The translations under genes and the position numbers were made by a program. Below the pieces are notes generated by a model. It was given only the letters and a program-made list of their open reading frames with translations, searched no databases and was not told where the DNA came from. A DNA stretch of 64,000 bases, taken from positions 113,770,001-113,834,000 of the forward strand of contig OX597819.1 of assembly GCA_951406725.2 (NCBI GenBank), read 5' to 3'. Of this stretch, positions 1 to 12,020 are shown in pieces; position 1 is the stretch's first letter, and every line of letters starts with the position of its first letter. The DNA is from Octopus vulgaris. Lineage: Eukaryota.

Positions 1-367
1 ATGTACCAAGTATATATCAAATGATACCAAGTAAATGTCTTTACCAATCATGTAAATGTGTTTATCAGATATTTCTTGAGAACCATCCACACAAAAGCCA
101 TACAAACAAAAGAAAAACACAATATATATATATATATTCCCAACCTCCAAAAAGTCTGTGGGGAAATCTATTCAGTACAAAATCCTCAAGGTCAAACACA
201 GTCACAGACATATGGGCATGGCTGTATGGTAAGAAGTTTGCTTACCAACCAAATGATTTTGAGTTCATTCCCATAATGGGCACCTAGGGCAAGTGTCTTC
301 TACTATAGCTTCAGGCCAATCAAAGTCTTATGAGTAGATTTGGTGGATGAAAACTGTAAGAAGCCTG

Positions 368-411
<44 letters not shown>

Positions 412-509
412 ATCGTGAAGATGCTTTGTCACCAATATTGTTGTGATTGCTATGTTGGATGTATTTGATGTTGTTGAAGACCATTATCATGTAGTCTAGC
501 TGGCTGTGA

Positions 510-985
510 TCATCATCATCATCATTTAATGTCTGTCTTCCATGCTAGCATGGGTTGGATGGTTTGACCGGGGTCTGGGAAGCCAGGAGGCTATACCAGG
601 CTCCAGTGTGATCTGACAGTGTTTCTACAGCTGGATGCCCTTCCTAATGCCAACCACTCTGTGAGTGTAGTGGGTGCTTTGTATGTGCCACCTGCACAGG
701 GGCCAGAGGAGGCTGGCAATGGCCACAATCGGTTGGTGCTTTTTATGTGCCACCGGCACAGAAGCCAGTCAAGGCGGCGCTGGCAACAGCCACGTTCAGA
801 TGGTGCTTTTTACGTGCCACCGGCATGGGTATCACAACTACAATTTCCATTTGATTTTTATTTTGATGTTGATGTACTTGACTCAGTAGGTTTCCTCAAG
901 CATAGTAGGTCGCCCTATGATCCAAGGTAAGCACAACAAGTCTTTGCAGTCACAGCATATCACTTTCGTCATTGCCTCTGCGAGG
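510..985 (-). mobile_element. RTE LINE 3' UTR fragment
   Basis: (CAT)n tail and ggatgcccttcctaa motif shared with the 2114-5016 element. Confidence 0.85.
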
Positions 986-1479
986 CTATGTATATAATAA
1001 ATGAAGCAACCTGTGAACTTATCAGTTTTAACATATTTACAGCTAGATAAGACTCACTGCATTGGCTGTTTACAAAAGAAAGATGCTGATAATATAAGCA
1101 CCAACTGGGAAGAGAGAGCCATGTTGTGTCTTGTAGATGGTTAGCTGTGGTACATTGTGTCTGAGTGTCCAATGTCATTTCCTGTTCAAATTGGCCTGTT
1201 CAACTGCCCATGGTAGTCTACATGAATGCTCAAGGCCATCTGCTCTTAACAGTCTGTCAAAGTCATCAACTTGGGGCCATCTAGCTGTGTTAGGTGCCAA
1301 ACTGTTTTTGTAGGGGAAAAGTGTGGGGGGGGCGTTAGATCATCTGGCAAGCCATATCACGTTACTGCTTCGTGCTGATTGGTTGATTTATAGATCAATC
1401 ATGTGAAACTGTGGTTGCTCACTCATGATCCCTAATTGAATATCTTGCATAAAACATACAAATCTGCACATACATGCAT

Positions 1480-2070
1480 ACAGCCGTGAACTCACTTTAT
1501 TTACCAGGTCTTCGCAGTTACAGCATATGTCCAGAGGTCTCAGTCTTTCGTCATTGCCTCTGTGAGGCCCAATGTTCGAAGGTCATGCTTGACCACCTCA
1601 TCCCATGTCTTCCTGGGTCTACCTCTACCCCAGATTTCTTCAACTGTTTGGGAGTGGCACTTCTTCACACATCTCTCCTCATCTATCCATAGTACATGAC
1701 CATACCAGCTCAAACATCTCCCTTGCATGCCACATCCAATGCTTCTTATGTCCAGAATTTCTCTTAGGGTGCTTACACTTTGTCGTGTGTGCACACTAAC
1801 ATTATACATCCAGCGGATCATGCTAGCTTCATTTCTTTTGAGCCTACGCATGTTCTCTGCAGTCACGGCCCATGTTTCACTTCTGTGAACCATGACCATT
1901 TGCATACATGCATCATACAATCTACCTTTAACTCTGAGTGAGAGGCCCTTTGTCACCAGTAGGGGTAGAAGCTTTCTAAACTTTGCCCAGGCTATTCTTA
2001 TTCTAGTGGTGACACTCTCTGAGCATCCACCCCCACCCCACCCCACTACTAACTTGGTCACCTAGGTAGC
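1480..2070 (-). mobile_element. Degenerate RTE LINE C-terminal fragment
   Basis: ORF 1540-2061 is homologous to the C-terminus of the 2719-4695 ORF. Confidence 0.9.
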
Positions 2071-2113
2071 AACTATACTTAATATACATATATATATATA
2101 TATAATACACATA

Positions 2114-5016
2114 TCATCATCATCATCGTTTAGCGTCCGTTTTCCATGCTAGCATGGGTTGGACGGTTCTACTGGGGTCTGTGAAGCCAGAAGGCTTCAT
2201 CAGGCCCAGTCAAATCTGGCAGTGTTTCTACGGCTGGATGCCCTTCCTAACGCCAACCACTCCGTGAGTGTAGTGGGTGCTTTTTACGTGCCACCCGCAC
2301 TGGTGCCAGACAGAGCTGGCAAACGGCCACGAACGGATGGTGCTTTTTATGTGCCACCGGCACGAGGGCCAGGCGAGGCTGGCAACGGACACGAAACGGG
2401 GCAGTGCTGGCAACGGTCGCGAAACGGAAAGTTCTCTTACATGCCACCGGCACTGGTAACACATCTGCAATTTCCATTGATCGATTTCCATTGATCGATT
2501 TCGATTCTGATCGTCACTTGCCTCAACGGGTCTTCACAAGCAGAGTTTTGACATGCCACCGGCACTGGTAGCACATCCGCAATTTCCATTGATCGATTTC
2601 GATTCTGATCCTCACTTGCCTCATCACGTCTTCACAAGTAGAGTTTTGTGTCCCAAGAAGGGAAGGTATGCATACGTAGGCTGGCTCCATCCCATGTAGA
2701 AGGCCACGGGTTATGGACTCACTTGTCCTGCCGGGTCTTCTCGCGCACAGCACACTTCCAGAGGTCTCGGTCTCTAGTCATTTCCTCAGTGAGACCTAAA
2801 GTTCGAAGGTCGTGCTTCACCACCTCGTCCCAGGTTTTCCTGGGTCTGCCTCTTCCACAGGTTCCCTCAACCGCTAGGGTGTGGCACTTTTGCACACAAC
2901 TATCTTCATCCATTCTCGCCACATGACCATACCAGCGCAAACGTCTCTCTTGCACACCACAACTGATGCTTCTTAGGTCCAGCTTTTCTCTCAAGGTACT
3001 TACACTCTGCCGAGTGTGAGTACCGGCATTACACATCCATCGGAGCATACTGGCTTCATTTCTAGCGAGCTTACGCATATCCTCAGCAGTCACGGCCCAT
3101 GTTTCACTGCCATGTAGCATGGCTGTTCGTACACACGCATCATACAGTCTGCCTTTCACTCTGTGCGAGAGGCCTTTTGTCACCAGCAGAGGTAAGAGCT
3201 CTCTGAACTTTGCCCAAGCTATTCTTACTCTAGCAGTTACACTTTCAGCACACCCGCCCCCGCTGCTGACTTGGTCACCTAGGTAACGGAAACTATCAAC
3301 TATTTCTAGTTTTTCTCCCTGGAAAGTGACGGAAGTTGGTCTCAGAGCATTTTCAGTGTTTATTGTTCCTGAGCATCTGCCACATACAAAAACCATCTTC
3401 CTAGTTAGCCTTCCTTTGACATTGCTGCATCTCTTATGTGTCCATAGCTTACACTTGGTGCATCTTATAGAGTTTCTACCTACACCTTTTCTACAGATCG
3501 AGCAGGGCCATCTACCTGAAGGTGTTTGTGATTTGTCTACCTTCCTACTGATTACGACTTTGGTTTTAGCTAGATTGACTCTGAGGCCCTTCGATTCTAA
3601 TCCTTGTTTCCACACCTGAAACTTCTCCTCCAGTTCTGATAGCGACTCAGCAATTAGAGCAAGGTCATCAGCATAGAGGAGCTCCCAAGGGCATCCTGTC
3701 TTGAATTCCTCCGTTATTGCCTGGAGGACTATGATAAATAGGAGGGGGCTGAGTACTGAGCCTTGGTGGACTCCTACCTCTACCCGGAATTCTTCACTGT
3801 ACACATTTCCAACCCTCACCCTACTAGCGGCGTCCCTGTACATGGCCCGCACAGCTCTCACTAACCATTCATCTATCCCTAGTTTCCTCATTGCCCACCA
3901 GATAAGGGATCGGGGGACCCTGTCGAAGGCTTTCTCCATGTCAACAAAAGCCAGGTACAGGGGCTTATCTTTGGCTAGGTATTTCTCCTGCAGCTGCCTT
4001 ACCAGGAATATAGCATCAGTAGTACTTTTCCCTGGCACAAACCCAAACTGCATCTCATCTAAACTAACTCTCTCTCTAATTAGTTGGGCTATGACCCTCT
4101 CCGTAACCTTCATCACCTGGTCCAACAGCTTGATACCTCTGTAGTTATTTGTATCTAGGGCATCACCTTTACCTTTGTAGCAGTTGACTATTATACTGCT
4201 ACACCAGTCATTGGGTATGACCCCTTTGTGTATCACCTGATTAACTATACGGGTGACTAGGCTATAGCCGACACTACCAGACATTTTGAGCATCTCTGCA
4301 GTGATTCCTGATGGGCCTGGGGCTTTCCCTGTCTTCATGCTTCTAATTGCCTTAGCTACCACGGAACTATCAACTCGGATAGCTGGTCCCTCTGTTGGGT
4401 CAACATTCGGCAGACTCTCTTTATCCCATTCATTTTCTTCATTCAGCAACCTTTCATAGTGGCATCTCCAAACCTCTCTCTTTGCATCCTCATTTAGCGC
4501 AAGTGAACCATCTTCCATGCGAACACACTTCTCTCCTACCACATCACGATTCTCTCTCACACACTGTCTTGCAACACGAAACACCTCCAGTCTTTGGTCC
4601 TCACGGCGCAGAACATTGGCAAATTTTTTCTTATCTGCTTCCCCTCTGGCTAAATAAACCTGTCTCCTAGCTTCTCTTTTGGCAGTCTGATACAATCCCC
4701 TGCTACCCCCATTTTTCCAGACCTTCCAAGCCTGTCTCTTTTCTCTAATAGCCCTGTCTACAATATTGTTCCACCACCACGTTATTCTAGGTCGAGAGGG
4801 GACTTTGCACCAGCCACAGATCTGGTCAGTGGCTCTCAGCAGGTTGTCCCTTAGAAACGTCCAGCTGTCTTCTACCCACTGTGATGCTCTATCCCCTTCT
4901 ACTTCGTCAGAGGCTTCAAGTAATATGTCCCTAAATCTCTGTCCATTTGCAGGATCTTTAAGCTTCCAGATCCTTCTTCTCCATATTTGTCGTCTTCTGG
5001 TTGTCCTCCTAGTCCT
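2114..5016 (-). mobile_element. RTE-clade LINE, 5'-truncated (APE endonuclease missing), with uninterrupted RT ORF, 3' UTR and (GAT)n tail
   Basis: Frame open from 5016 to the stop at 2719. RT motifs KAPGPSG, NYRGIKLL, QFGF, FVDMEKAFD, GVHQGSVLSP, YADD, FRYLG; RTE C-terminus RLRWYGHV..RGRPRKTW; tail at about 2114-2127. Confidence 0.95.
2719..4695 (-). CDS. RTE reverse transcriptase ORF (partial; frame extends to 5016) with an internal PHD-type zinc finger
   Basis: 658-aa ORF in the track with RT motifs; C4HC3 motif at 3504-3373. Confidence 0.9.
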   Translation of the reverse strand: MYQTAKREARRQVYLARGEADKKKFANVLRREDQRLEVFRVARQCVRENRDVVGEKCVRMEDGSLALNEDAKREVWRCHYERLLNEENEWDKESLPNVDPTEGPAIRVDSSVVAKAIRSMKTGKAPGPSGITAEMLKMSGSVGYSLVTRIVNQVIHKGVIPNDWCSSIIVNCYKGKGDALDTNNYRGIKLLDQVMKVTERVIAQLIRERVSLDEMQFGFVPGKSTTDAIFLVRQLQEKYLAKDKPLYLAFVDMEKAFDRVPRSLIWWAMRKLGIDEWLVRAVRAMYRDAASRVRVGNVYSEEFRVEVGVHQGSVLSPLLFIIVLQAITEEFKTGCPWELLYADDLALIAESLSELEEKFQVWKQGLESKGLRVNLAKTKVVISRKVDKSQTPSGRWPCSICRKGVGRNSIRCTKCKLWTHKRCSNVKGRLTRKMVFVCGRCSGTINTENALRPTSVTFQGEKLEIVDSFRYLGDQVSSGGGCAESVTARVRIAWAKFRELLPLLVTKGLSHRVKGRLYDACVRTAMLHGSETWAVTAEDMRKLARNEASMLRWMCNAGTHTRQSVSTLREKLDLRSISCGVQERRLRWYGHVARMDEDSCVQKCHTLAVEGTCGRGRPRKTWDEVVKHDLRTLGLTEEMTRDRDLWKCAVREKTRQDK

Positions 5017-5339
5017 ATATATTATATATATGTTTGTAATATGTATGTGTATTTATGTGTGTGGGTGGGTGGATGTATGAATGCGTATGTGTATGTATGT
5101 ATACACATACATACATTTCATATCATTTCATTATTTTGTTTGTTTGATCCTATTTTTTGTTTACCCAATCATGCTAATGTAAACCTCACCCCCACCCCTC
5201 ATCAATATCATATCGATTTGGTAACTTTATCCTTGTAATGTTTCCTCAATTCGTTGTTCTTGAGGCAGGAAAAACATCATCATCATCATCATCATCACCT
5301 AATTATTTTTATTATTATCATTATTATTATTATTATTCC

Positions 5340-6825
5340 TTCGTAACACAGTGTAGGTAAAAATGCACCAGAGTCTTTACTCATCTGTCAAGTCACAACA
5401 AGGACTTAAGACAGATAATACTTTCCTTAAGATTGGCGCTGTGTCCAATAAGGCTACTTTTTGGAAGACATCAATCCTGCATGGGATTTCCAGTTGCCTT
5501 AAGAAGTTTTGAAGTTTCAATGGAATTGAGCCCAACGCTCCGATCACCACTGGTATCACTTTTACATTACCCTCTCTCACATTCCATACAGTCTTGCTAG
5601 TTCCACTTTCAATTCAGAGTACTTGGTGATTTTTTCAATCTCTTTACTCACAACATTTATTCCATTTGCTATAGCTACATCAATGACCTGACAGTATTTG
5701 TCTCTCTTACTCAATATGACAATATCTGGCTGACAGTGTTCGATTACATAATCCGACTGAAAATCATAGTCCCCGAGTATCACTACATTTCCATCCTCCT
5801 GCATAACTTTACTTGGTAGATGCTCATAACAGTTCTCTGTTACTTCATATTGGTATTTACAGCATAAGACCCAATGAAGATACACACACATTTTATCATG
5901 GTGGCATTTGTATTCTTTTTGTGCAAGACTCTCACATTCACTTACCAAGTGGGTCATATTTTCCACACTCTTTCCACAGAGTCTGCATTTCTGGGTATCA
6001 GAAGTTTTATAGATGTTATACTTCACTGAATTGGTATAGCGAGAGCTTGGTCTTGTGCAGCAATGATCAGGCTTTCGGTGATATGCTTCAAATCCCCTTG
6101 CTCAAGCCATGCTCACGATGCTGTATTATCCTTAACGTGCTATGTATTCCTTTCAAACTCTTCATGCATTCTCATTTCAAGAAGGTCTTCTTTTCTCTTC
6201 TCCTCAGCTCTTTGGTTAAACTCTTCCTTGCCCATCATTTCATCTGCATTTACACCCATATCTTTCGCCACGTATTGCTGCAGGTCTTCATCACTATTTA
6301 TCAAATACTCGGCAAGTGTTCTCCTTTCACTCCTTATACAATGGTCTATACTAATCAGTCCTCAGCCAACATTCTTTCTTTTCAAATACAGTCTGTTTAC
6401 GTTTGCTTTAGAGTGTAGCACTCCATGCAGCTTCATCAACTTTCTCATCCTCCTATCCAGTGTTGATATTTCCTCCTCAGGCCATTTGAGGATGGATGCA
6501 CTATATCTGACCACCACAACTGCCCAGATATTCATTGCAGTAATCACATTTTTGGCATTCAGGTTGGATTTCAACACAATCTTCAACCTTTTTTGATACA
6601 TCTCACTGACCTTGACTTTCACTTTTCTGCAATGAAATCCAGCTCCAAAATCCCTAAATATCTATATCCACTACCGTTGGGTTCACCCATAGTCTCTCCT
6701 GGGATGTTTTCTTCCTTCTTTTCATATTAAGTACTGGACATTCAGTAATTCCAAATTCCATACTAATGTCCCTACCACACTTCTGGACTGCTTTGGTTAA
6801 AAAATCTGTTTTTCAGATTTCTCAA
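5340..6825 (-). mobile_element. R4/Dong-type non-LTR retrotransposon remnant with restriction-like endonuclease (RLE)
   Basis: Frameshifted pieces: post-RT region (RLYLKRK..G), CCHC knuckle CRLCGKSVENMTHLVSEC, RLE motifs PDIV..IDVAI..EKITKY..VIPVVIGALG; flanked by (ATT)n. Confidence 0.85.
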
Positions 6826-7950
6826 ACAATTATTATTATTATTGTTGTTGTTGTTATCATTATTATTGGTATTTATTTTTTAATATTATTATTATAGTTG
6901 CTGTTGCTGTTGTTGGTGGTGTTACTATCATTATATAATTATTGTCTATTAATTTAACGTCTGATTAAATTTCTTGAATGATACTGGTTATGCTAGTTTC
7001 TGCATTGCATCACGTTGCCTGTTGCTTTGATGTTAGTGTTGTAACTATGTTTCCTTTAGAGAATTGGAAAGGTGGTGGAGTAAGTTACTATGTGTGGGTA
7101 TGTGGGGGTCGTTTTTGCATACATGTGTGTGTTTTTGTACATTTTTGTGATCATATTTTTATCTGTAGCTATAGAAATCAGTGTGGTGTAGTTACTCAGG
7201 TTTTATAAATGTGTATGCCAGTATGTATGTGTATGTGTGTGAGTGTGAATGTGTGTGCAGGTTTATGCATGTGCATGTCTGTGTATATATGTTTATATGT
7301 TCAGATGTGTGTGTGTATGCACATATGTGCAGGTAGTGCATGTGAATGTCTGTATGTCTATATCAGTGCGTTTCCATATTTGAGTATATTTTATGTATGT
7401 AAATATGTTCACATGTGTATGTGTGTGTATGTGATTGTGTGTGCATTTGAACCTGTGTAGTATTGTATGTAAGGGGATCAATAGAGTGTTGGATAAAATG
7501 CATTACAGTATTTGTTCCTTTGTTCTATGTTCCGGGTTCAAATCCTGATCTAGTTAGCTTTGTCCTTCATATTTTCAGGGTCAATAAAGACACTATTAAC
7601 CAAGTACCAATCAATTTTGAGAAACATTCCTCTTATACAATATAAAAAATGGAAGTACCCAAAAGTTTGGAATAGTGTTATTATTGGCAAGTCATTCTAG
7701 TATGTTGCAATTAATTATAAATGTGAAATTAGTCCTTTTTATGGCTTACCAAAAATTCTCAGAAGCAAGATAACAAGTGAAGTTTACAAAGAATTCACAA
7801 GTATATGTATATATATAAGTTAATATTTAAGTGCTTAGTATGTTCCTAGTAGTACACTGATAAAGCACATTTACTGTCTATAGTTACCTGGAGTCATCCA
7901 TGGTAATTACACAATTGTTACTGGAATACATACATACATACATGCATACA

Positions 7951-8129
7951 TCGTTAGCCACTACACACATTCTTTTTCTCTCCTTGTTTTTTCTGTGTAC
8001 CTTTCTGTAGAAGAGCGTAGGCTTGAAACATAAAAGACTTTTTCTATTCCTGAGCGTTATACTAATACATCTGTTTATTTTTTACACCGCCTGTCTTCAT
8101 CTTTTGTTTTTTTCGTAAACTTTCCCTAC

Positions 8130-8162
<33 letters not shown>

Positions 8163-8345
8163 CATCATGATAGATCGCTAGCCACTACACATTCTTTATT
8201 TTCTCTCCTTGTCTCTTTCTGTGTTCCTTTCTGTGGAAGAGTGTAGGCTCGAAACGTTAAAGACGTTTTCACTTCCTGAGCGTTATACTAATACATCTGT
8301 TTGTTGTCTACACCACCTGTCTTCGTCTTTTGTTTTTTGTGAATT
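7951..8345 (+). mobile_element. Two tandem copies of a ~175-bp repeat, each with a hammerhead-like motif (CUGUNGA core)
   Basis: Copies at about 7951-8126 and 8176-8345, separated by (CATA)n; motifs at 8001-8036 and 8227-8262. Confidence 0.6.
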
Positions 8346-8350
8346 CTCCG

Positions 8351-8481
8351 GAGACCTATTGAGTCAAGTACATCAACATCAAATAAAAATCAAATGGAAA
8401 TTGTAGGTGTGATACCTGTGCCCATGGCACGTAAAAAGCACCCATGACACTCACGGAGTGATTGGCATTAGGAAGAGCATT
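8351..8481 (+). mobile_element. RTE 3' UTR fragment, inverted relative to the adjacent RTE ORF fragment
   Basis: Reverse complement of 3' UTR sequence seen at 640-900. Confidence 0.75.
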
Positions 8482-9265
8482 CCACACACAAAAGTTATTT
8501 TTCCTGTTAACCTTTCTTTGATACTGCGGCACCTTTTATGTGTCCATAGCTTACACTGGGTACATCTAATGGAGTTTCTACCTTGGCCTTTTCTATAGAT
8601 TGAGCAGGGCCATCTACCAGAAGAGATCTGTGATTTTTCTGCCTTCCTAACTACAAAGACTTTGGTTTTTGCCAGGTTAACTCTAAAGCCCTTCGATTCT
8701 AGACCTTGATTCCACATCTGAGACTTCTTCTCTAGTTCAGGTAGTGATTTAGCTGTAAGAACAAGGTCATTAGCATAGAGGAGCTCCAAGGGCAGCTTGT
8801 CTTAAATTCCTCCATTATTTCCTGGAGGACTATGATGAATAAGAGGGGGCTGAGGACTGATCCTTGGCGAACCCCCTACTTGTACCCTGAATTCTTCACT
8901 ATACTTTTTGCCAAATGCTCACCTTACTGACAGCATCTCTGTACATGACTTGTACAGCTCTCACTAACCACTCATCTATACCTAGTTTCTGCATTGACCA
9001 CCGGATAAGGAATTGGGAGGGGGGGGGTCAAAGGCTTTCTCCATGTCAACAAAAACCAAGTACAGAGGTTTATTTTTGGCTAGGTATTTCTCCTGCAGCT
9101 GTCTTACCAGAAATATAGCATCAGTGGTGCTTCTCCCTAGCACACACCCAAACTGCATCTCATCTAAACTAACTCTCTCCCTAATTATCTGGGCTATGAC
9201 CCTCTCCGCAACTTTCATCATCTGATACAACAATTTGATACTTCTGTAATTATTTCTGTCAAAGA
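8482..9265 (-). mobile_element. Degenerate RTE RT fragment, including the PHD finger
   Basis: ORFs 8451-8789 and 8982-9389 match the RT ORF, with frameshifts. Confidence 0.9.
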
Positions 9266-9305
9266 AAATTTTGGCATTTATAAGCAGCCATCTTTCTGTG
9301 TGTGT

Positions 9306-9348
<43 letters not shown>

Positions 9349-10259
9349 TGCGTGTGTGTGTGTGTGTTTGTGTGTGTGAGTGTGTGCATGTGTGTGTTTG
9401 GGTGTGTGTCTATCTATCTATCCACCAATCCACCCACAAAGCTTTGGTCAGGCCAAGGTTAAAGTAGATATAGGTTATAGTAGAAGACACTTGCCCTTAT
9501 GAAACTGAACCTAAAACCATGTGATCAAGAAGCAAACATCTAACCATGCAGTCATGGCTGGGCCCATAATATTATTTTTGAAAATGTACTGATGCTAAAA
9601 GGCTACCTGGCTAAATCAATTTTTCCAAGCATAAACCATAACTGACAACCACATTCATTAATGAGAGTATTAACAGAAGCTAAAGTATATTCAACAAGAA
9701 CAGAAACAACAGTTAAAAAATGTGTCTGATCTAACTGTAGGATATGTCTGAACTTGTCTGAAGGATCAGAATTCCATTTTAAACAAAGACAATGCTTCAA
9801 ATTAACAAATAATTTTACCTGTATGTAATTTAATATAAAATGTGTTCAGGAAGTGAAGCAAATTATATAGGACAAACCGGAACGACACTAAGAAAAATGA
9901 ATAGTGCTACATACAAAGCAAATTTGCTTCCCCAGTTACAGGAAAATATTTTTCAATCAATATACAGATACATATGATAGTGACAACTAGATTAAAAATT
10001 TTTCCTTTATTCCAGTGTACTGATGAAACTTCTGAACAGCAATAGATCAATAAGTTTACATTCATTGATAAATATTGACTGTGCAGATATGTATAATTAA
10101 TCAATGAGTTGACATTTAATTAATTTATATTTACTTTTATTATTCTTGTTGTTGTTGTTGTTATTATCATCATTATTATTATTATAAAATTCTATATTTC
10201 ACATTTTCTTTCTTCATACTTAACATTATTTGACTTGTGCGGAGTTTCTTGACTTTTTA

Positions 10260-10303
<44 letters not shown>

Positions 10304-10647
10304 ATGTGCATGTGCGTGTGCGTGTGTGTGTATGTGTGTGTTTGTTTGTGTGTGTGTGTGAAGAAGCATGACCTGGTGGTTGGATGCTGCACTCATAATC
10401 ACAAGATTGTAGTTTTGATCCCCAGACTGGCAGTGCCTTGTGATCTTGAACAAAACAACACATTTCACATTGCTTCATCAATTGTAAATAGATAGCTCTA
10501 CAACAAACTGGCACTCTATTAAGAAGGAATGTTGGCCTATTCACCTAGCGGGGTGGCATCATTTGAAGGTTCAACAATGTGAGAAAGCATACTGTGAACC
10601 TGTGAACCAGCAACATATAACAAAATTTAATTGTCTGCTTGATACAG

Positions 10648-10730
<83 letters not shown>

Positions 10731-10833
10731 AAGTAACAAACTAAGGAAAAAATTCCTCCGAAGGGATGTGTAAAACATCCAGTTATTATAATGGCAAAAG
10801 ATTGTCTTCAACATAAACAAGTTTGGTTTAATA

Positions 10834-10974
10834 TAAGGTTGTCCCAAAAGTTCGTAGAAAGTCTTGGAAAATAATGGTCTTTATTTTGAGGAATAATTTT
10901 TGTTGTTTTTGTTAGTACTTGGCGAGTAAAAATTCAATTTTTGCAAGTGTTTACGAACTTTTGGGACAACCTAA
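10834..10974. mobile_element. Mariner-type MITE (~141 bp)
   Basis: Terminal inverted repeats TAAGGTTGTCCCAAAAGTTCGTA / TACGAACTTTTGGGACAACCTAA, flanked by TA. Confidence 0.85.
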
Positions 10975-11179
10975 TATTATTTGAGATATATAGAAATATA
11001 TTTTGATTGTTGCAGATTTGACTTAATTATTTTGTCCATTATAATTTTGTTGTTTTTATTGTAAATGATATTTAGTTGAATGGCTAATGCTCAGGCTCAT
11101 AATACATAGGCATTTGAATTAATTTTTTTCACAATTCAGCCGTTCTTTCACATAGAATTTTATCTGTCTTCAAACCATT

Positions 11180-11259
11180 GGCTCTGATGAGGCTTATATA
11201 AGGGAATTGAATTGTTTATACGTCAAAAAATGTATATAAGTCGAAACAAATTGTTGGCT
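11180..11259 (+). ncRNA. Type I hammerhead ribozyme-like motif, probably a Penelope-like element remnant
   Basis: ggct-CTGATGA-GGCTTATATA...TATATAAGTC-GAAAC-AAATT-GTT-ggct. Confidence 0.55.
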
Positions 11260-11630
11260 TTTTTTGTTTTTTAATAATTGTTTATGTTATCTTATATTAT
11301 ATTCATAATTTACTAAGTGCATGATTAATTTATGGAATGAAGTTCTACAAATCCAATCATATTTGTCAAAAATGGAGGAGATAAGATGTTAAAAAGTTGT
11401 AAGAAGTTTATTCATGCATACAATTGTTTCATACATTTTACAATTTGCAAATATCAAAGTACTCATCAGTGCAGAGAAAAATATAATAATAGGAACTTAA
11501 AAAAGATCGGAGAAGTTAGATCTATGAGTTTCATGTTTATCTGTTCCTATCTATGTGTGATATTGATTGGAGTCATGTCAATATAAATAAATTATTGGAT
11601 TGTCAACTGTATCTCTCTATTTAATTTATT

Positions 11631-11661
<31 letters not shown>

Positions 11662-11839
11662 GGAAATTAAAAAAGGAAAATACGCATACTTACATGGTTA
11701 TAATATGATTTTTAATATATCGACTGGTTTCGCAATCGCTGTTCATGATATAATGTTTAATTTATATGAATATATATTTTTTCTTAAGAAGAAATTTGGT
11801 CCATGTTGTTTGTAATGAAATTCACGAGTGACTATATAT

Positions 11840-11876
<37 letters not shown>

Positions 11877-11921
11877 ATGATTATATATATGTGTATATAT
11901 ATATGTATATGTATTTGTGTG

Positions 11922-11973
<52 letters not shown>

Positions 11974-11979
11974 TTTATA

Positions 11980-12020
11980 CTAGCTTGAAAGCCGCCTGAT
12001 AGTGCGGATTTTAAGCTAGC
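11980..12020 (-). mobile_element. Helitron 3' terminus
   Basis: Minus strand reads CCGC-actatcag-GCGG hairpin, 8 nt, then CTAG|T. Confidence 0.5.

Noticed and set aside
619-930. Recurrent [19 protein letters not shown] ORFs (also 2159, 38235, 42782) as a small gene family
   Set aside because: They are antisense translations of the RTE 3' UTR repeat.
2270-2460. Regularly spaced gtgcttttta.gtgccacc repeats as a CRISPR-like array
   Set aside because: The spacers are similar to one another, the array is inside a LINE 3' UTR, the context is eukaryotic, and no cas genes are present.
9603-10104. Two minus-strand ORFs with exon-like boundaries, as possible stum exons
   Set aside because: They lack the expected stum GT..S....C and GW..SI.WG motifs, and the phase-1 continuation hits stop codons.
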